Source of the DNA: a virus
IMG/VR virus record: IMGVR_UViG_3300031027_000002
DNA: 59,026 bases
Reading direction: 5' to 3' (one strand)
Within the stretch, counting starts at the first letter, position 1; every line of letters starts with the position of its first letter. Under the pieces are notes generated by a model, which saw nothing but the letters and a program-made list of their open reading frames with translations, ran no database searches and had not been told where the DNA came from. The translations under genes were made by a program, and so were the position numbers. Shown piece after piece: positions 41,192 to 50,351 of the stretch.

Positions 41192-42163
41192 ATGTGCGGA
41201 ATCGCAGGGTATTTCAGTCAAGGCAACAAACCGTCTACGGCAACGGCCGTAGCTATCGCCATCCTCGCGCGCGAGATGGAGACGCGCGGAGATCATAGCT
41301 GGGGATGTACGGACGGGGAGATGGTCAATCGCAAGCTGGGGAAGATTAGCAAGGGGTTTGCCGTTCCGAAGCGTCTACCCTCTAACTTCACGCTACATAC
41401 GCGATTCGCCACAACGGGGAAGGTCAAAGAGTCCAACTCTCACCCATTCGTCGTCCAACGCGAGGGAAGGATGGTCGTAGGGATGCACAACGGCATCATC
41501 TCAAACCATTCCACGCTCAATCAGAAGTATGGGAGAACGTGCCGCGTTGACTCCCAGCATATCTTCGAAAACATCGCTTCGGGTTTCACGCTCAATGATC
41601 TTGAAGGATATGGAACCATCGTCTATCGAGATGCGGGAGAGTGGTATATCGGCACGTTCAACGGTGGCGAGATAGCCATTGCTCAAACATCCGCCGGGAT
41701 ATTCTTTGCTTCCACCTTCAAAGCCTTAGACGGCGCGTTGCTCGCGGCTGGGTTGGAACCATCGAAACGGGATCTACTCACGCAAGACGATACGATCTAC
41801 AAGCTAACCCCAGCGGGTTTGGTGGTGGCGTATACCGTCAACGTAAAAGACTCATTCGCGCGCTGGGATGATGACTGGAAGCTCAAAAGCAAGTCGTGGG
41901 GTACCACGTTCGGTCCTATGGTGGAAACGTGCGAAACGTGCGGAGATTACCTTCCGCCGGAAGCGACGGGTTCACTTTGCCGCCACTGCGCAGCGTTCCA
42001 GCTTGACTGGGATACACAGGTAGTCCCGGAAGACATGTTCGCCAAGTGTGAAGATTGCGGACTCAGGGTCGAAGCTGGCGAGGAAGTAGCAGTCTTAGGT
42101 GACACGTACCTGTGCATCGACTGCGCAACAAAGTACGACGACGCGGAGGTGAATGTCGCATGA
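41192..42163 (+). CDS. Class-II (Ntn) glutamine amidotransferase-like enzyme with two C-terminal zinc ribbons
   Basis: MCGIAGY N-terminus, MHNGIISN motif; C-terminal CETCG...CRHC and CEDCG...CIDC. Confidence 0.8.
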   Translation: MCGIAGYFSQGNKPSTATAVAIAILAREMETRGDHSWGCTDGEMVNRKLGKISKGFAVPKRLPSNFTLHTRFATTGKVKESNSHPFVVQREGRMVVGMHNGIISNHSTLNQKYGRTCRVDSQHIFENIASGFTLNDLEGYGTIVYRDAGEWYIGTFNGGEIAIAQTSAGIFFASTFKALDGALLAAGLEPSKRDLLTQDDTIYKLTPAGLVVAYTVNVKDSFARWDDDWKLKSKSWGTTFGPMVETCETCGDYLPPEATGSLCRHCAAFQLDWDTQVVPEDMFAKCEDCGLRVEAGEEVAVLGDTYLCIDCATKYDDAEVNVA

Positions 42164-42480
42164 GGCTATCAACGATTCAATCTCGCTGGGTTAGCGCGCT
42201 GCGCTCTGGCCTGTTCGCCCAAACCAAAGTCCTCTACCCGTACCTGAGAGAGGACGACGGGTTCACCGCGCTGGGAGTCTTATGCGAACTTGCAAGGATT
42301 GCTGGCGTGGTGGAAGGATTCAATCCCGCCCAGGATGTTCCGCCGAAGGTGACGGAGTGGGTGGGATTGAAATTCCCCTACGCGTCGTCGCTATCCCTCG
42401 CGGATAATAGCAAGACGTTCGCAGAGATGGCGTCCGCTATCATCTTGCACGCGGAAGAACTATTCGAGGTGACGCGATGA
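42160..42480 (+). CDS. Hypothetical protein (106 aa)
   Basis: ATGA coupling; W..ALRSG...LGVLCEL pattern common in phage proteins of unknown function. Confidence 0.6.
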   Translation: MRLSTIQSRWVSALRSGLFAQTKVLYPYLREDDGFTALGVLCELARIAGVVEGFNPAQDVPPKVTEWVGLKFPYASSLSLADNSKTFAEMASAIILHAEELFEVTR

Positions 42481-42617
42481 TCTACACCTTCCACGCCTAC
42501 AGCTTCCCATGCACCGTAATCGACCCCAAACCGCGTAGGGATGGATGGCTCTACATCCGCAATGACCAAACCGGGCGCCACTCGTGGGCTAACCCTCAGT
42601 ACCTCACCGCTGCATAA
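42477..42617 (+). CDS. Small hypothetical protein (46 aa)
   Basis: Not in track; ATGA coupling; MIYTFHAYSFPCTVIDPKPRRDGWLYIRNDQTGRHSWANPQYLTAA. Confidence 0.4.
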   Translation: MIYTFHAYSFPCTVIDPKPRRDGWLYIRNDQTGRHSWANPQYLTAA

Positions 42618-42633
42618 CCGAAAGGATCACGCC

Positions 42634-42777
42634 ATGTTCACTACCGAAGTAGGAAGCCGAACCAACCCTCTCCATGTCGTATCGCTCACCATTGCCGCTG
42701 TCTTTGTTGCCACCATAGCGGTCGCCCTGGCGCACAACTCGTTCCCGCACGCGTGGCTAGTCATAGGGAGGCTCTAA
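42634..42777 (+). CDS. Small single-TM protein (47 aa)
   Basis: AAAGGA RBS; hydrophobic LHVVSLTIAAVFVATIAVALA. Confidence 0.4.
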   Translation: MFTTEVGSRTNPLHVVSLTIAAVFVATIAVALAHNSFPHAWLVIGRL

Positions 42778-42929
42778 TGAGAGGCCTCTACGACCCCACC
42801 GGCTGCCGTCGCATGCAACGCCACAACCAAGAACGTCAAGACTTGTTCCGCGCCATCCGCAGCGGCATTATTTATACCGTCGCGATGCTCGCCATAGCCG
42901 CTTTCGTAGTTGCAATCTGGAGTCGATAA
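42777..42929 (+). CDS. Small single-TM protein (50 aa)
   Basis: TAATG coupling at both ends; IIYTVAMLAIAAFVVAIW. Confidence 0.4.
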   Translation: MRGLYDPTGCRRMQRHNQERQDLFRAIRSGIIYTVAMLAIAAFVVAIWSR

Positions 42930-43123
42930 TGCCGAAGCTTACCCGCACCGTAAACCCCGACTGGTTGACCAAACAACAGGCCGCCGACTTGCTCCAGGTC
43001 TCCGTGCGCACGATCAACCACTACATGACCACTGGAGTCATCGACGTAGCCAAGCACGTTCGCCGGCCTACCAGCCGCACCACGCGCATCGCAGCTGCAG
43101 CTATCGAGAAGATTTTGTCCTAA
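42929..43123 (+). CDS. Excisionase/MerR-like HTH DNA-binding protein (64 aa)
   Basis: WLTKQQAADLLQVSVRTINHYMTTGVI. Confidence 0.6.
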   Translation: MPKLTRTVNPDWLTKQQAADLLQVSVRTINHYMTTGVIDVAKHVRRPTSRTTRIAAAAIEKILS

Positions 43124-43128
43124 TATTG

Positions 43129-43157
43129 GCAAGCTATTTAGGTTTTAGCTTGCTTTT
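43129..43157 (+). terminator. Intrinsic terminator closing the amidoligase operon
   Basis: GCAAGCTA-9 nt-TAGCTTGC followed by TTTT. Confidence 0.6.
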
Positions 43158-43179
43158 GCACAACGTTGCATGATAGCAT
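43150..43179 (+). promoter_or_regulatory. Weak promoter candidate TTGCTT-18-TGaTAGCAT
   Basis: Extended -10-like TGATAGCAT; followed by CACTCAGGAGGTG RBS. Confidence 0.3.
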
Positions 43180-43213
43180 CGCTCAAGAAAATCACTCAGG
43201 AGGTGATTGCATT

Positions 43214-43669
43214 ATGGGTCTCGACATGTACTTACACGCGGAGCGCTACCTCTATTCCTACCCTGAAAATGGGCCGGATCAGTTGATCGCTAGTCGTATC
43301 GCAGAGGCTTCCAGCGTCCCGTATGGACGCGTCAAGGAGGTGAAGGTAGAAGTAGCTTACTGGCGCAAGAGCAACCAAATTCACGCATGGTTCGTGAAGA
43401 ACGTGCAGGACGGCGAGGACGACTGCGGAGACCACTACGTCTCCCGCGAGAATCTTCAAGATCTTCTAACTGCTGTTACTGAATCCATCTCCCACAAAGA
43501 CAAGGCGGTCGAATTACTTCCAACGCAGGGAGGTTTCTTCTTTGGCTCAACCGATATCGACGAGTGGTACTGGAAAGGCCTCGAAGAAACGTCGGTGAAG
43601 CTGCGTGAGATTTTGAGTGCGTTCCCAGACGACAGCCAGTGGTCATTCTCGTACCACTCAAGCTGGTAA
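43214..43669 (+). CDS. Hypothetical phage protein (151 aa)
   Basis: Start MGLDMYLH 10 nt after AGGAGG; ORF track 43166..43669. Confidence 0.65.
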   Translation: MGLDMYLHAERYLYSYPENGPDQLIASRIAEASSVPYGRVKEVKVEVAYWRKSNQIHAWFVKNVQDGEDDCGDHYVSRENLQDLLTAVTESISHKDKAVELLPTQGGFFFGSTDIDEWYWKGLEETSVKLREILSAFPDDSQWSFSYHSSW

Positions 43670-43712
43670 ACCAGTCTCGAACCAGACCGAATCGCACTCA
43701 GGAGGTGCAACC

Positions 43713-44420
43713 GTGGCAACAGAATTGACAGTTCAAAAGCAGGTAAACCCACTCCTAATCCTTCAGGAAGCCGTAGACAAGGGCGCGGACATCGAGAAGC
43801 TAACCGCGCTCATGCAGCTCGCGGAGCGCTGGGAAGCGAATGAGGCCAAGAAAGCGTTCAACGTAGCGTTTAGCGCTTTCAAGTCGGAAGCGGTCACGAT
43901 CGTCAAGAACGTTGACGTGAAGGATGGCCCACTCAAGGGCAAAAAGTACGCCGATAAGTTTGGCGTCGTTGGCGTCGTCACCCCCATCCTGTCAAAGCAT
44001 GGCCTCAGTCACTCGTGGAAGCTCACGAAGGACGAGAAGGAGTGGATGGAGGTCACCTGCACCATCAAGCACGTCCTCGGTCATTCTGAGACAGCTTCGA
44101 TGGGATCAGCGCCGGACACTGGCGCTGGTCGCAACGCCATCCAAGCACGTTCCAGCGCGAACAGCTACCTCGAGCGCATCACCCTTCTGGCAATCACCGG
44201 CATGGCGGCATCGGACGAGGATGACGACGGAAACGGCTTTCAGCAAACGGCCAAAGAGAACGTCGTGGATGACCTTCTGGCCGCCCCCACGACCGCCGCA
44301 CTGCAGTCCATGTTCTCCACGGCCTACATGCTGGCAGCGAAGCGTCCTGAGTCGCAGAAGGCATTCAAGGAAGCATATGAGAAGCGCAAGGCTCAACTCG
44401 CCAAGAAAGAAGGTGAGTGA
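43713..44420 (+). CDS. erf: ERF-family single-strand annealing recombinase
   Basis: GTG 7 nt after AGGAGG; KYADKFGVVGVVTPILSKHGLS, GHSE, GAGRNAIQARSSANSYLERITLLAITGMAASDEDDDG. Confidence 0.75.
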   Translation: MATELTVQKQVNPLLILQEAVDKGADIEKLTALMQLAERWEANEAKKAFNVAFSAFKSEAVTIVKNVDVKDGPLKGKKYADKFGVVGVVTPILSKHGLSHSWKLTKDEKEWMEVTCTIKHVLGHSETASMGSAPDTGAGRNAIQARSSANSYLERITLLAITGMAASDEDDDGNGFQQTAKENVVDDLLAAPTTAALQSMFSTAYMLAAKRPESQKAFKEAYEKRKAQLAKKEGE

Positions 44421-45202
44421 TGCGTATTATCGAATGCGAGCAAGGATCACCGCAATGGCTCAAGGCTCGGGAGGGCAAGATAACCGCCTCCCGCATGGCC
44501 GACGTCCTCAACTTCCTCAAGCGCGGCGGCGAGTCTCAGAAGCGCGCAGACTACCGCGTGGAACTCATCGCGGAGCGTCTGACCGGCCTAGCCGCCGATT
44601 ACTACGTATCGCCTGAGATGAAATGGGGCACCGAGCAAGAGCCCTTTGCGCGGTCAGCCTACGAGATTGCAACGGGAAACTTCCTCGATCAAGTCGGATT
44701 TGTCCTCCACCCCACGCTGGACTATGCCGGCGCGTCGCCTGACGGCCTGTACGGGAAGCATGGCGGCGCCGAGTTCAAGGCTCCGAAGTCCACAACCCAC
44801 CTCGAGTACATGATGGCAGGAGCCGTTCCCGAGGCTTACATCCCACAAATGAACATGGAGATGCTTTGCTGCGAGTGTGACTGGATCGACTTCGTTTCGT
44901 TCGATCCCAGGATGCCCGAAGACCTGCAGTTGTTCATCGTGCGCCACCACCGCGACGAGGCGAAGCTCAAAGAGATGGAAGCCGAGATTGTCCGCTTCGA
45001 GGGCGAGATAAACGAACAGATAGCGAGGCTCTATGGACTACAGCGCAGGAATCTTTCAGGTGTTGATGCGGGAGTGCCCGAGTCTATCGACCTTCAATCA
45101 GTTCGTGGTTCCCTTGATGAAGCTCTTGCCGAAGGACTTGAGGGACATTGCGGCAACGGAAGCCAAGCGCCGGAACTACAAGCCGAACAAGGAGCGAGGT
45201 GA
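44417..45202 (+). CDS. YqaJ/lambda-exonuclease-like recombination exonuclease
   Basis: GSPQWLKAREGKITASRMADV, PDG...EFKAP motif series; partner of ERF. Confidence 0.8.
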   Translation: MMRIIECEQGSPQWLKAREGKITASRMADVLNFLKRGGESQKRADYRVELIAERLTGLAADYYVSPEMKWGTEQEPFARSAYEIATGNFLDQVGFVLHPTLDYAGASPDGLYGKHGGAEFKAPKSTTHLEYMMAGAVPEAYIPQMNMEMLCCECDWIDFVSFDPRMPEDLQLFIVRHHRDEAKLKEMEAEIVRFEGEINEQIARLYGLQRRNLSGVDAGVPESIDLQSVRGSLDEALAEGLEGHCGNGSQAPELQAEQGAR

Positions 45203-45204
45203 GT

Positions 45205-45330
45205 ATGAATAGCTTCCTCGACTTCGACGACTCCCTAGACCTAGATGACGATGACGGTCTCTGCCCCCACGGAACCGCCTACAACGAATACTGCGAACCA
45301 TGTGACGAACTGATTGTGGAGGAGCTATGA
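45205..45330 (+). CDS. Small highly acidic protein (41 aa)
   Basis: MNSFLDFDDSLDLDDDDGLCPHGTAYNEYCEPCDELIVEEL. Confidence 0.4.
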   Translation: MNSFLDFDDSLDLDDDDGLCPHGTAYNEYCEPCDELIVEEL

Positions 45331-45581
45331 GACACCCACCGACCGGATGCTACTACAACATGGGCGAGCTAACACCATTGCCCAAACCATACAGCCCCTA
45401 CCGCTGGGACGCCAGCAAGGTTGCGGAGCCCGAAGTCTTCATCAAACATCGCTTTGGAGCCATGCTTGATTGCGCTATATTTGGCTGGCGGTTTAGCTAC
45501 ATCCCCACAGTTGCAGAGGCAGCATCTCGTGAGCGTGAGGCTCAGGCGTGGGAACCTGCCGGCCGCTACTCGGGGTGCTGA
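45327..45581 (+). CDS. Hypothetical protein (84 aa)
   Basis: ATGA-coupled ORF. Confidence 0.5.
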   Translation: MRHPPTGCYYNMGELTPLPKPYSPYRWDASKVAEPEVFIKHRFGAMLDCAIFGWRFSYIPTVAEAASREREAQAWEPAGRYSGC

Positions 45582-45582
45582 C

Positions 45583-45831
45583 ATGAAGACCTCAGAACTA
45601 CTCGCCAAAGTAGAGATGAAGCCCGTCTCGAAGGCCCGGAACCTATCGCGCTTGGGCTGGGCTGATGGGTACATGGTTGTCCAGTTCGCAGGACGGCCCG
45701 ACCTCTGGGTATACGGCCCGGAAATTCCTGAGCTCAAGCGCGATCAGATCCTCGCAAACGGATGGCCTGACGCACTCTTCACAAAGGCCATCAAGAACAA
45801 GTACCAATGTCACCACATCGGAGCGAAATGA
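45583..45831 (+). CDS. KTSC-domain-like protein (82 aa)
   Basis: LSRLGWADGYMVVQFAGRPDLWVYGPEIP...FTKAIKNKY resembles the KTSC pattern; uncertain. Confidence 0.45.
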   Translation: MKTSELLAKVEMKPVSKARNLSRLGWADGYMVVQFAGRPDLWVYGPEIPELKRDQILANGWPDALFTKAIKNKYQCHHIGAK

Positions 45832-46091
45832 GATTTTACATGCACGAACACTACTTCGGGGAAAGCACGGTCTCATCGACCCTCGTTGCGTGCCCGTGTG
45901 GGCACATCGATTTTCTCGATAAGCCAATAGACTCATGTGAGTTCATGGAAGAGTTCGTCTGCGCAGCCTGTGGCGGATCGGTATTTATCAACTGGGGTCT
46001 AACCTCCCCTGATCACCTTTCTATCTTTCAATTCACTTCATTTTGCCCTAACCATCTGTGCCAAGCGAAGGGATCCAATGCTTCTGCGTGA
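45828..46091 (+). CDS. Cys-containing hypothetical protein (87 aa)
   Basis: ATGA coupling; CPCGH...CAACGG. Confidence 0.45.
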   Translation: MRFYMHEHYFGESTVSSTLVACPCGHIDFLDKPIDSCEFMEEFVCAACGGSVFINWGLTSPDHLSIFQFTSFCPNHLCQAKGSNASA

Positions 46092-47703
46092 CTATCAACT
46101 CGACTGCTTGAATCGGAGCAAGACGGCCTACGAGAGCGGGATCAACCGCCAGCTTGCCGTTCTCGCCACCGGCCTAGGAAAGACGGCCATCGCATCGTCT
46201 CTGCGTTCACACCACGGACTCAAGGGCAAGGTGATGATGCTAGTCCACATGGACCAACTCGCGAAGCAAGCCGCCCGAGCAATGGCTACGTGGAATCCTG
46301 GCGCATTTGTCGGAGTGGAGATGGCCGGCCAGTACGCGAGTCCGATGGACGACTTTGTAATCGCGTCCGTTCCGACGCTCGGCCGCAAGGGTTCTGACCG
46401 CATCAAGGGCATCGACCCATCCGAGTACTCCGCCATCATCCAAGATGAAGCGCACATTGGCATGGCCGACTCATTCAAGCGAGTGTACGACCATTTCGGC
46501 TTGATGCAGCCAAACCCGGAAGGACCTCTCTTCCTCGGGATCACAGCGACACCGAACCGCAACGACGGGCAGGGGCTGAAAGCCTTGTTCGACATGATCG
46601 TGTTCGACATGGGCATCCGTGACGGCATTGCCTCGGGCTTCCTCTGCGACATCCGCGCCATGCGGGTATCAGGCAAAGCAGACCTCGGCGGCGTCCACGT
46701 TCGCATGGGTGAGTTTGCGGAGAATGAGCTAGCTTCGGCAGTCAATACGCCAGAGCGCAACGCCATCATCGTCAAAGAGTGGTACAAGCACGCACGCACC
46801 CGCAGGACGATCTGCTTCACCGCAAACGTGCAGCACGCTCTTGACCTCGCGCAAGCGTTCGTAGTGCATGGCGTGGATGCGAAGGCAGTATGGGGAGACG
46901 ACCCACTCCGGCAGGAGAAGATCGACTACCACAAGACCGGCCAGTATCCCGTCATCTGCTGCGCTCAGTTGCTCGGCATCGGATATGACGACCCGCAGGT
47001 TTCGTGCATCGTCCTGGCTGCCCCGCGCAAGAGCTTCGTGCGGTACGCGCAGGAGGTTGGCCGCGGAACCCGCATTGCAGACGGCAAAGAAGACCTCCTC
47101 GTGATGGACATTTGCGACTCCAGCAGCAAGCACGACCTCTGCACTGTCTCCAGCCTGCTCGGGCTACCGAAAGACCTTGACCTCAAGGGAGAGAAGTTCT
47201 CGAAGGCTCGCGAGCAGCTTGAGCGCGTGGCGGCCGAGTTCCCCACGGCAAACATCCAAGACCTCCGCAACCTGTCCGAACTAGACTCCCTCGCGGAGAA
47301 GGTGGAACTGTTCAAGGTGGCGTATCCGCCCGAAGTCTCAAGGCTCACCGAACTGGCGTGGCGAAAGCAGGGCGAGGCGTACGCAATCAACGTGGAGCGG
47401 GAGCGGCTGGTCATCTCGGCTGATCTGCTAGGCGACTGGTGGGTGCGTGGCTCGGTGGCTGGGAAGCATGTAGAGATTCAGGCGCAGAACTTGGCGGGAG
47501 CGTTCAACATAGCTGACAAGACGGTTGCGGACTCTGGGGTGAATCGCTCTATCCTGCAACGCGAGGCCCGCTGGCGGGAGTCAGGGCCGAGCGACAAACA
47601 GATTGCGCTCTGCAAAAAAGTAGGACTCCCCATTCCCAATGGGGCTACCAGAGGTCAAGTAAGTTTTGCTTTAGACCAGCACTTCCAGAAGAGGCGCGCA
47701 TGA
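46078..47703 (+). CDS. SF2 DEAH-box helicase (ResIII/Helicase_C type)
   Basis: LRDYQ, ATGLGKT (Walker A), IIQDEAH (Walker B), TATPNR, later helicase C motifs. Confidence 0.85.
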   Translation: MLLRDYQLDCLNRSKTAYESGINRQLAVLATGLGKTAIASSLRSHHGLKGKVMMLVHMDQLAKQAARAMATWNPGAFVGVEMAGQYASPMDDFVIASVPTLGRKGSDRIKGIDPSEYSAIIQDEAHIGMADSFKRVYDHFGLMQPNPEGPLFLGITATPNRNDGQGLKALFDMIVFDMGIRDGIASGFLCDIRAMRVSGKADLGGVHVRMGEFAENELASAVNTPERNAIIVKEWYKHARTRRTICFTANVQHALDLAQAFVVHGVDAKAVWGDDPLRQEKIDYHKTGQYPVICCAQLLGIGYDDPQVSCIVLAAPRKSFVRYAQEVGRGTRIADGKEDLLVMDICDSSSKHDLCTVSSLLGLPKDLDLKGEKFSKAREQLERVAAEFPTANIQDLRNLSELDSLAEKVELFKVAYPPEVSRLTELAWRKQGEAYAINVERERLVISADLLGDWWVRGSVAGKHVEIQAQNLAGAFNIADKTVADSGVNRSILQREARWRESGPSDKQIALCKKVGLPIPNGATRGQVSFALDQHFQKRRA

Positions 47704-48230
47704 ACATATCTCCATTGTGTCCATGCGGTAAGACTGCCCTCTACCGAGTAGGTCATATTGGCTATTGCAAGCAGCACAGGGCGGACGCCATAGCGCAGAT
47801 CGAGAAGTTCGGAAACCCTCGCAACAAGACACTTAGGACGGCCCCCAAGGTAAAAGTTAGACACGTCGCCAAGGTTAGCTCCCAGCAGTTCAAGCTAGAC
47901 CGCCAGAAGGCCATGATCGCAGCTCCTACGCCATCCGAGGCTGCTCTGCGCATCATGTTGCGAGCGAACCCTATTACGAGAGGTAAGTGGAAGTTCCAAC
48001 CTATCCTTCACGGGTATATCCCGGACTTTCTGAACACCAAGGCTGGAGTAATTGTCGAATTAGATGGCGCTCCACACTTCACGGCAGAAGGAAAGCGCGC
48101 AGACGCTCGCCGCTCCCGTCACCTAATGCGTCATGGCTATCGCGTTATACGATTCTCCAACCACGAGGTGTTCACCAACCCCGACGGGGTGATGGCGTTC
48201 ATCATGGCCGCGCAGGACGGAACTCTGTGA
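47700..48230 (+). CDS. DUF559/Vsr-like PD-(D/E)XK endonuclease-domain protein
   Basis: YIPDFLNTKAGVIVELDGAPHF...GYRVIRFSNHEV. Confidence 0.7.
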   Translation: MNISPLCPCGKTALYRVGHIGYCKQHRADAIAQIEKFGNPRNKTLRTAPKVKVRHVAKVSSQQFKLDRQKAMIAAPTPSEAALRIMLRANPITRGKWKFQPILHGYIPDFLNTKAGVIVELDGAPHFTAEGKRADARRSRHLMRHGYRVIRFSNHEVFTNPDGVMAFIMAAQDGTL

Positions 48231-48793
48231 CCTTCGAGGATCTAGTCCGCGCATTCGACGCCAAAGGGCGAGGCCGCAAGAAGCGAGCCAAGTGCCCATG
48301 CCACAAGAGCCGTGGATCGACCCTCATCGTGTCCGACGACCGAGAGAAGGGGCTGGGCGTCTATTGCTTCGCGGGGTGCTCCAATGACGACGTGCTGGCC
48401 GCCGTGGGGCTTTCATGGAAGGACTTGAAGCCCCGCAAGGACTGGCTACCCCCCGAAGAGTTCAAAGCCCTCCAAATCAAGCGGAAGGACGAGGAGGCGG
48501 TCTTGGCCGAGACTAAACGCAAGACCCGAGCGCTGGTGGACGAGACCCGCCGCTGGGAGGCTGTGGCAAGCCTCCTGCACGCTCACCTTGTCCACGCCCG
48601 AGATAGCCCACAGGAAGCCGCCATCAGCCGCCTGTGGCGCAAAGCGCTGGCTACGGCGCGGGATCGGCATGAGAAGCTGTGCGTGCTCTGGCCGGCGGCG
48701 CCGCAGGTTGAGGGCTACCGGATTGTGCGGATGCCGCGGGAGATAACTCGGCGCTTCACTGGCGACGCTATCGCGGACGTTTTGGGCTTATGA
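48227..48793 (+). CDS. Primase-type CHC2 zinc-finger protein (no TOPRIM recognised)
   Basis: GTG in a GTGA overlap; CPCHKSRGSTLIVS...YCFAGCSNDDVL. Confidence 0.6.
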   Translation: MTFEDLVRAFDAKGRGRKKRAKCPCHKSRGSTLIVSDDREKGLGVYCFAGCSNDDVLAAVGLSWKDLKPRKDWLPPEEFKALQIKRKDEEAVLAETKRKTRALVDETRRWEAVASLLHAHLVHARDSPQEAAISRLWRKALATARDRHEKLCVLWPAAPQVEGYRIVRMPREITRRFTGDAIADVLGL

Positions 48794-49452
48794 TTGTCGT
48801 ACCGCACCATCCCCACCTACCGGAGACGCCCATGACACCAGACCTCGAAGCCACTGCCGACGCTGAAAGAGAGCGCGCCATCTTTTCCAAGCTCCGCTCG
48901 ATCGACGACAACGAACGCCAGTCTCACGCACAGAAGGGCATCCTAGCCCGGGCCGTACGCGACCAGATGCTGTGGAAGCACCGCGAGGACCCCGACACCA
49001 AAAAGCCGTGCAAGTCCTGGACCCGATGGTTGAGAATAGCTTGCCCGTTCTGCTACAGCACCGTGCACAAGGCCTTGGCCGACGTCGAGGAGCTACGCGA
49101 CATACCCGAGGAAGACTTGACGCAGATAGCCACTGGAAACTTCCCAACGCTGATCCAGCTATCAACCGCCGTGCGCGCTGATCCTGAGGTATTGGATGCG
49201 GCAAAGAATAAACGCCCCGAGCAATTCAACGAGCACATCCGCCAGCACCATCCAGACCAGCACATCGAATCACGCCAGCCGATGAAGTTCTCTCCCGAGT
49301 CATCTGCCGCGAAGGTTATCAATGAAGCGCTGGAAGCGGCAATGGAGCGCGGGGCGAGATCGAGGGATGAAGCTCTTGAGATGATCGCGGTGAACTTCAT
49401 AGACGATTGCAGGATGGAAGCGGAGGTCGAGAGTGCCCACCAAACTACCTAA
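48790..49452 (+). CDS. Hypothetical protein (220 aa)
   Basis: ATGA-coupled ORF; no motif recognised. Confidence 0.6.
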   Translation: MIVVPHHPHLPETPMTPDLEATADAERERAIFSKLRSIDDNERQSHAQKGILARAVRDQMLWKHREDPDTKKPCKSWTRWLRIACPFCYSTVHKALADVEELRDIPEEDLTQIATGNFPTLIQLSTAVRADPEVLDAAKNKRPEQFNEHIRQHHPDQHIESRQPMKFSPESSAAKVINEALEAAMERGARSRDEALEMIAVNFIDDCRMEAEVESAHQTT

Positions 49453-49771
49453 AGCTCTGTCTGAAGGTGAAGAGACTTTCCAGCTTCACTGCAAAATCTA
49501 TAACCTCTCCCCCGAGCGCGAATTTTACTTCGCCAAGGATGAGGGGCGTCTCTGGAGATTTGATTTTGCGTGGCCGGATAAGAAGGTAGCTGCCGAAATC
49601 AACGGCGGGACATGGACGAACGGCCGGCACAATCGTGGCTCCTCGATGGCGAAGGAGTATGAAAAACTGAATCACGCAAGTTTGGGTGGATGGAGAGTCT
49701 TCCAATTCACAACTGAGACCGTGCAGAGCGGAAATGCCATCGATCTCATCGTTATGGCTTTGCAGGTATAA
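49433..49771 (+). CDS. Second Vsr/DUF559-like small endonuclease-fold protein
   Basis: FDFAWPDKKVAAEINGGTWTNGRH...GWRVFQFT. Confidence 0.5.
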   Translation: MPTKLPKALSEGEETFQLHCKIYNLSPEREFYFAKDEGRLWRFDFAWPDKKVAAEINGGTWTNGRHNRGSSMAKEYEKLNHASLGGWRVFQFTTETVQSGNAIDLIVMALQV

Positions 49772-49833
49772 TGGGAGGGTCAGGTGTTGATCGCACCGGA
49801 CAAGCCCAGCCGCCCAAGGAGCGACCGTGACCC
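49767..49833 (+). promoter_or_regulatory. Homing-endonuclease 5' module, copy 2: TATAAT, 5' stem, AAGGAG RBS, GTG start
   Basis: Colinear with 15295..15361; GGGTCA / TGACCC complementarity conserved. Confidence 0.5.
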
Positions 49834-50351
49834 TTCCACTCTTCCCATCCTATCGTGAAATCTCTCTTACTAAAGGGCTCGTTGCCATCGTAGACCAATT
49901 CGACTTTGAACTTGTTTCAGTTCATCGTTGGTATGCGAAGTGGAGCGAGTGCACCCAATCCTTTTATGCCGCCACTAGCATTTCTGTTTCTGGAAAGTCT
50001 AAAACTTTGCGGATGCACCGGCTCATCTTGAGCATCTCAGATCCTCGTATTCTTTGCGATCACGCGAATCAGGACACGCTAGATAATCGACGCAGCAATC
50101 TTAGAGTCGCCACTTATCAAGAAAACAACCGAAATCATCGTCTCAGGAAAGACAATCGCTCTGGATTTACGGGCGTGTGCTGGTTTTCTCCCAAAGCTAA
50201 GTGGAGAGCCTACGTCTACTTAGATGGAAAGCAAAAACATCTTGGGTACTTTACCGATGTGGGGGAAGCCAGGAAAGCGCAAGTAGCTGCCGCCAAAGAG
50301 TTGTATGGGGAATTCAAGCCTAGCGACATGATCGTTACGGCGCTGGGATGA
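49827..50351 (+). CDS. HNH (HNH_3-type) + AP2-domain homing endonuclease
   Basis: HRLIL...CDHANQDTLDNRRSNLRVAT..EN and SGFTGVCW...KWRAYVYLDGKQKHLGYF. Confidence 0.85.
   Translation: MTLPLFPSYREISLTKGLVAIVDQFDFELVSVHRWYAKWSECTQSFYAATSISVSGKSKTLRMHRLILSISDPRILCDHANQDTLDNRRSNLRVATYQENNRNHRLRKDNRSGFTGVCWFSPKAKWRAYVYLDGKQKHLGYFTDVGEARKAQVAAAKELYGEFKPSDMIVTALG

Noticed and set aside
45205-45330. The acidic 41-aa protein as a DNA-mimic anti-restriction protein (Ocr/ArdA-like)
   Set aside because: Only its composition (a run of Asp/Glu) supports this. It is far shorter than known DNA mimics and also has a Cys/His pattern. It is too speculative to list as a finding.
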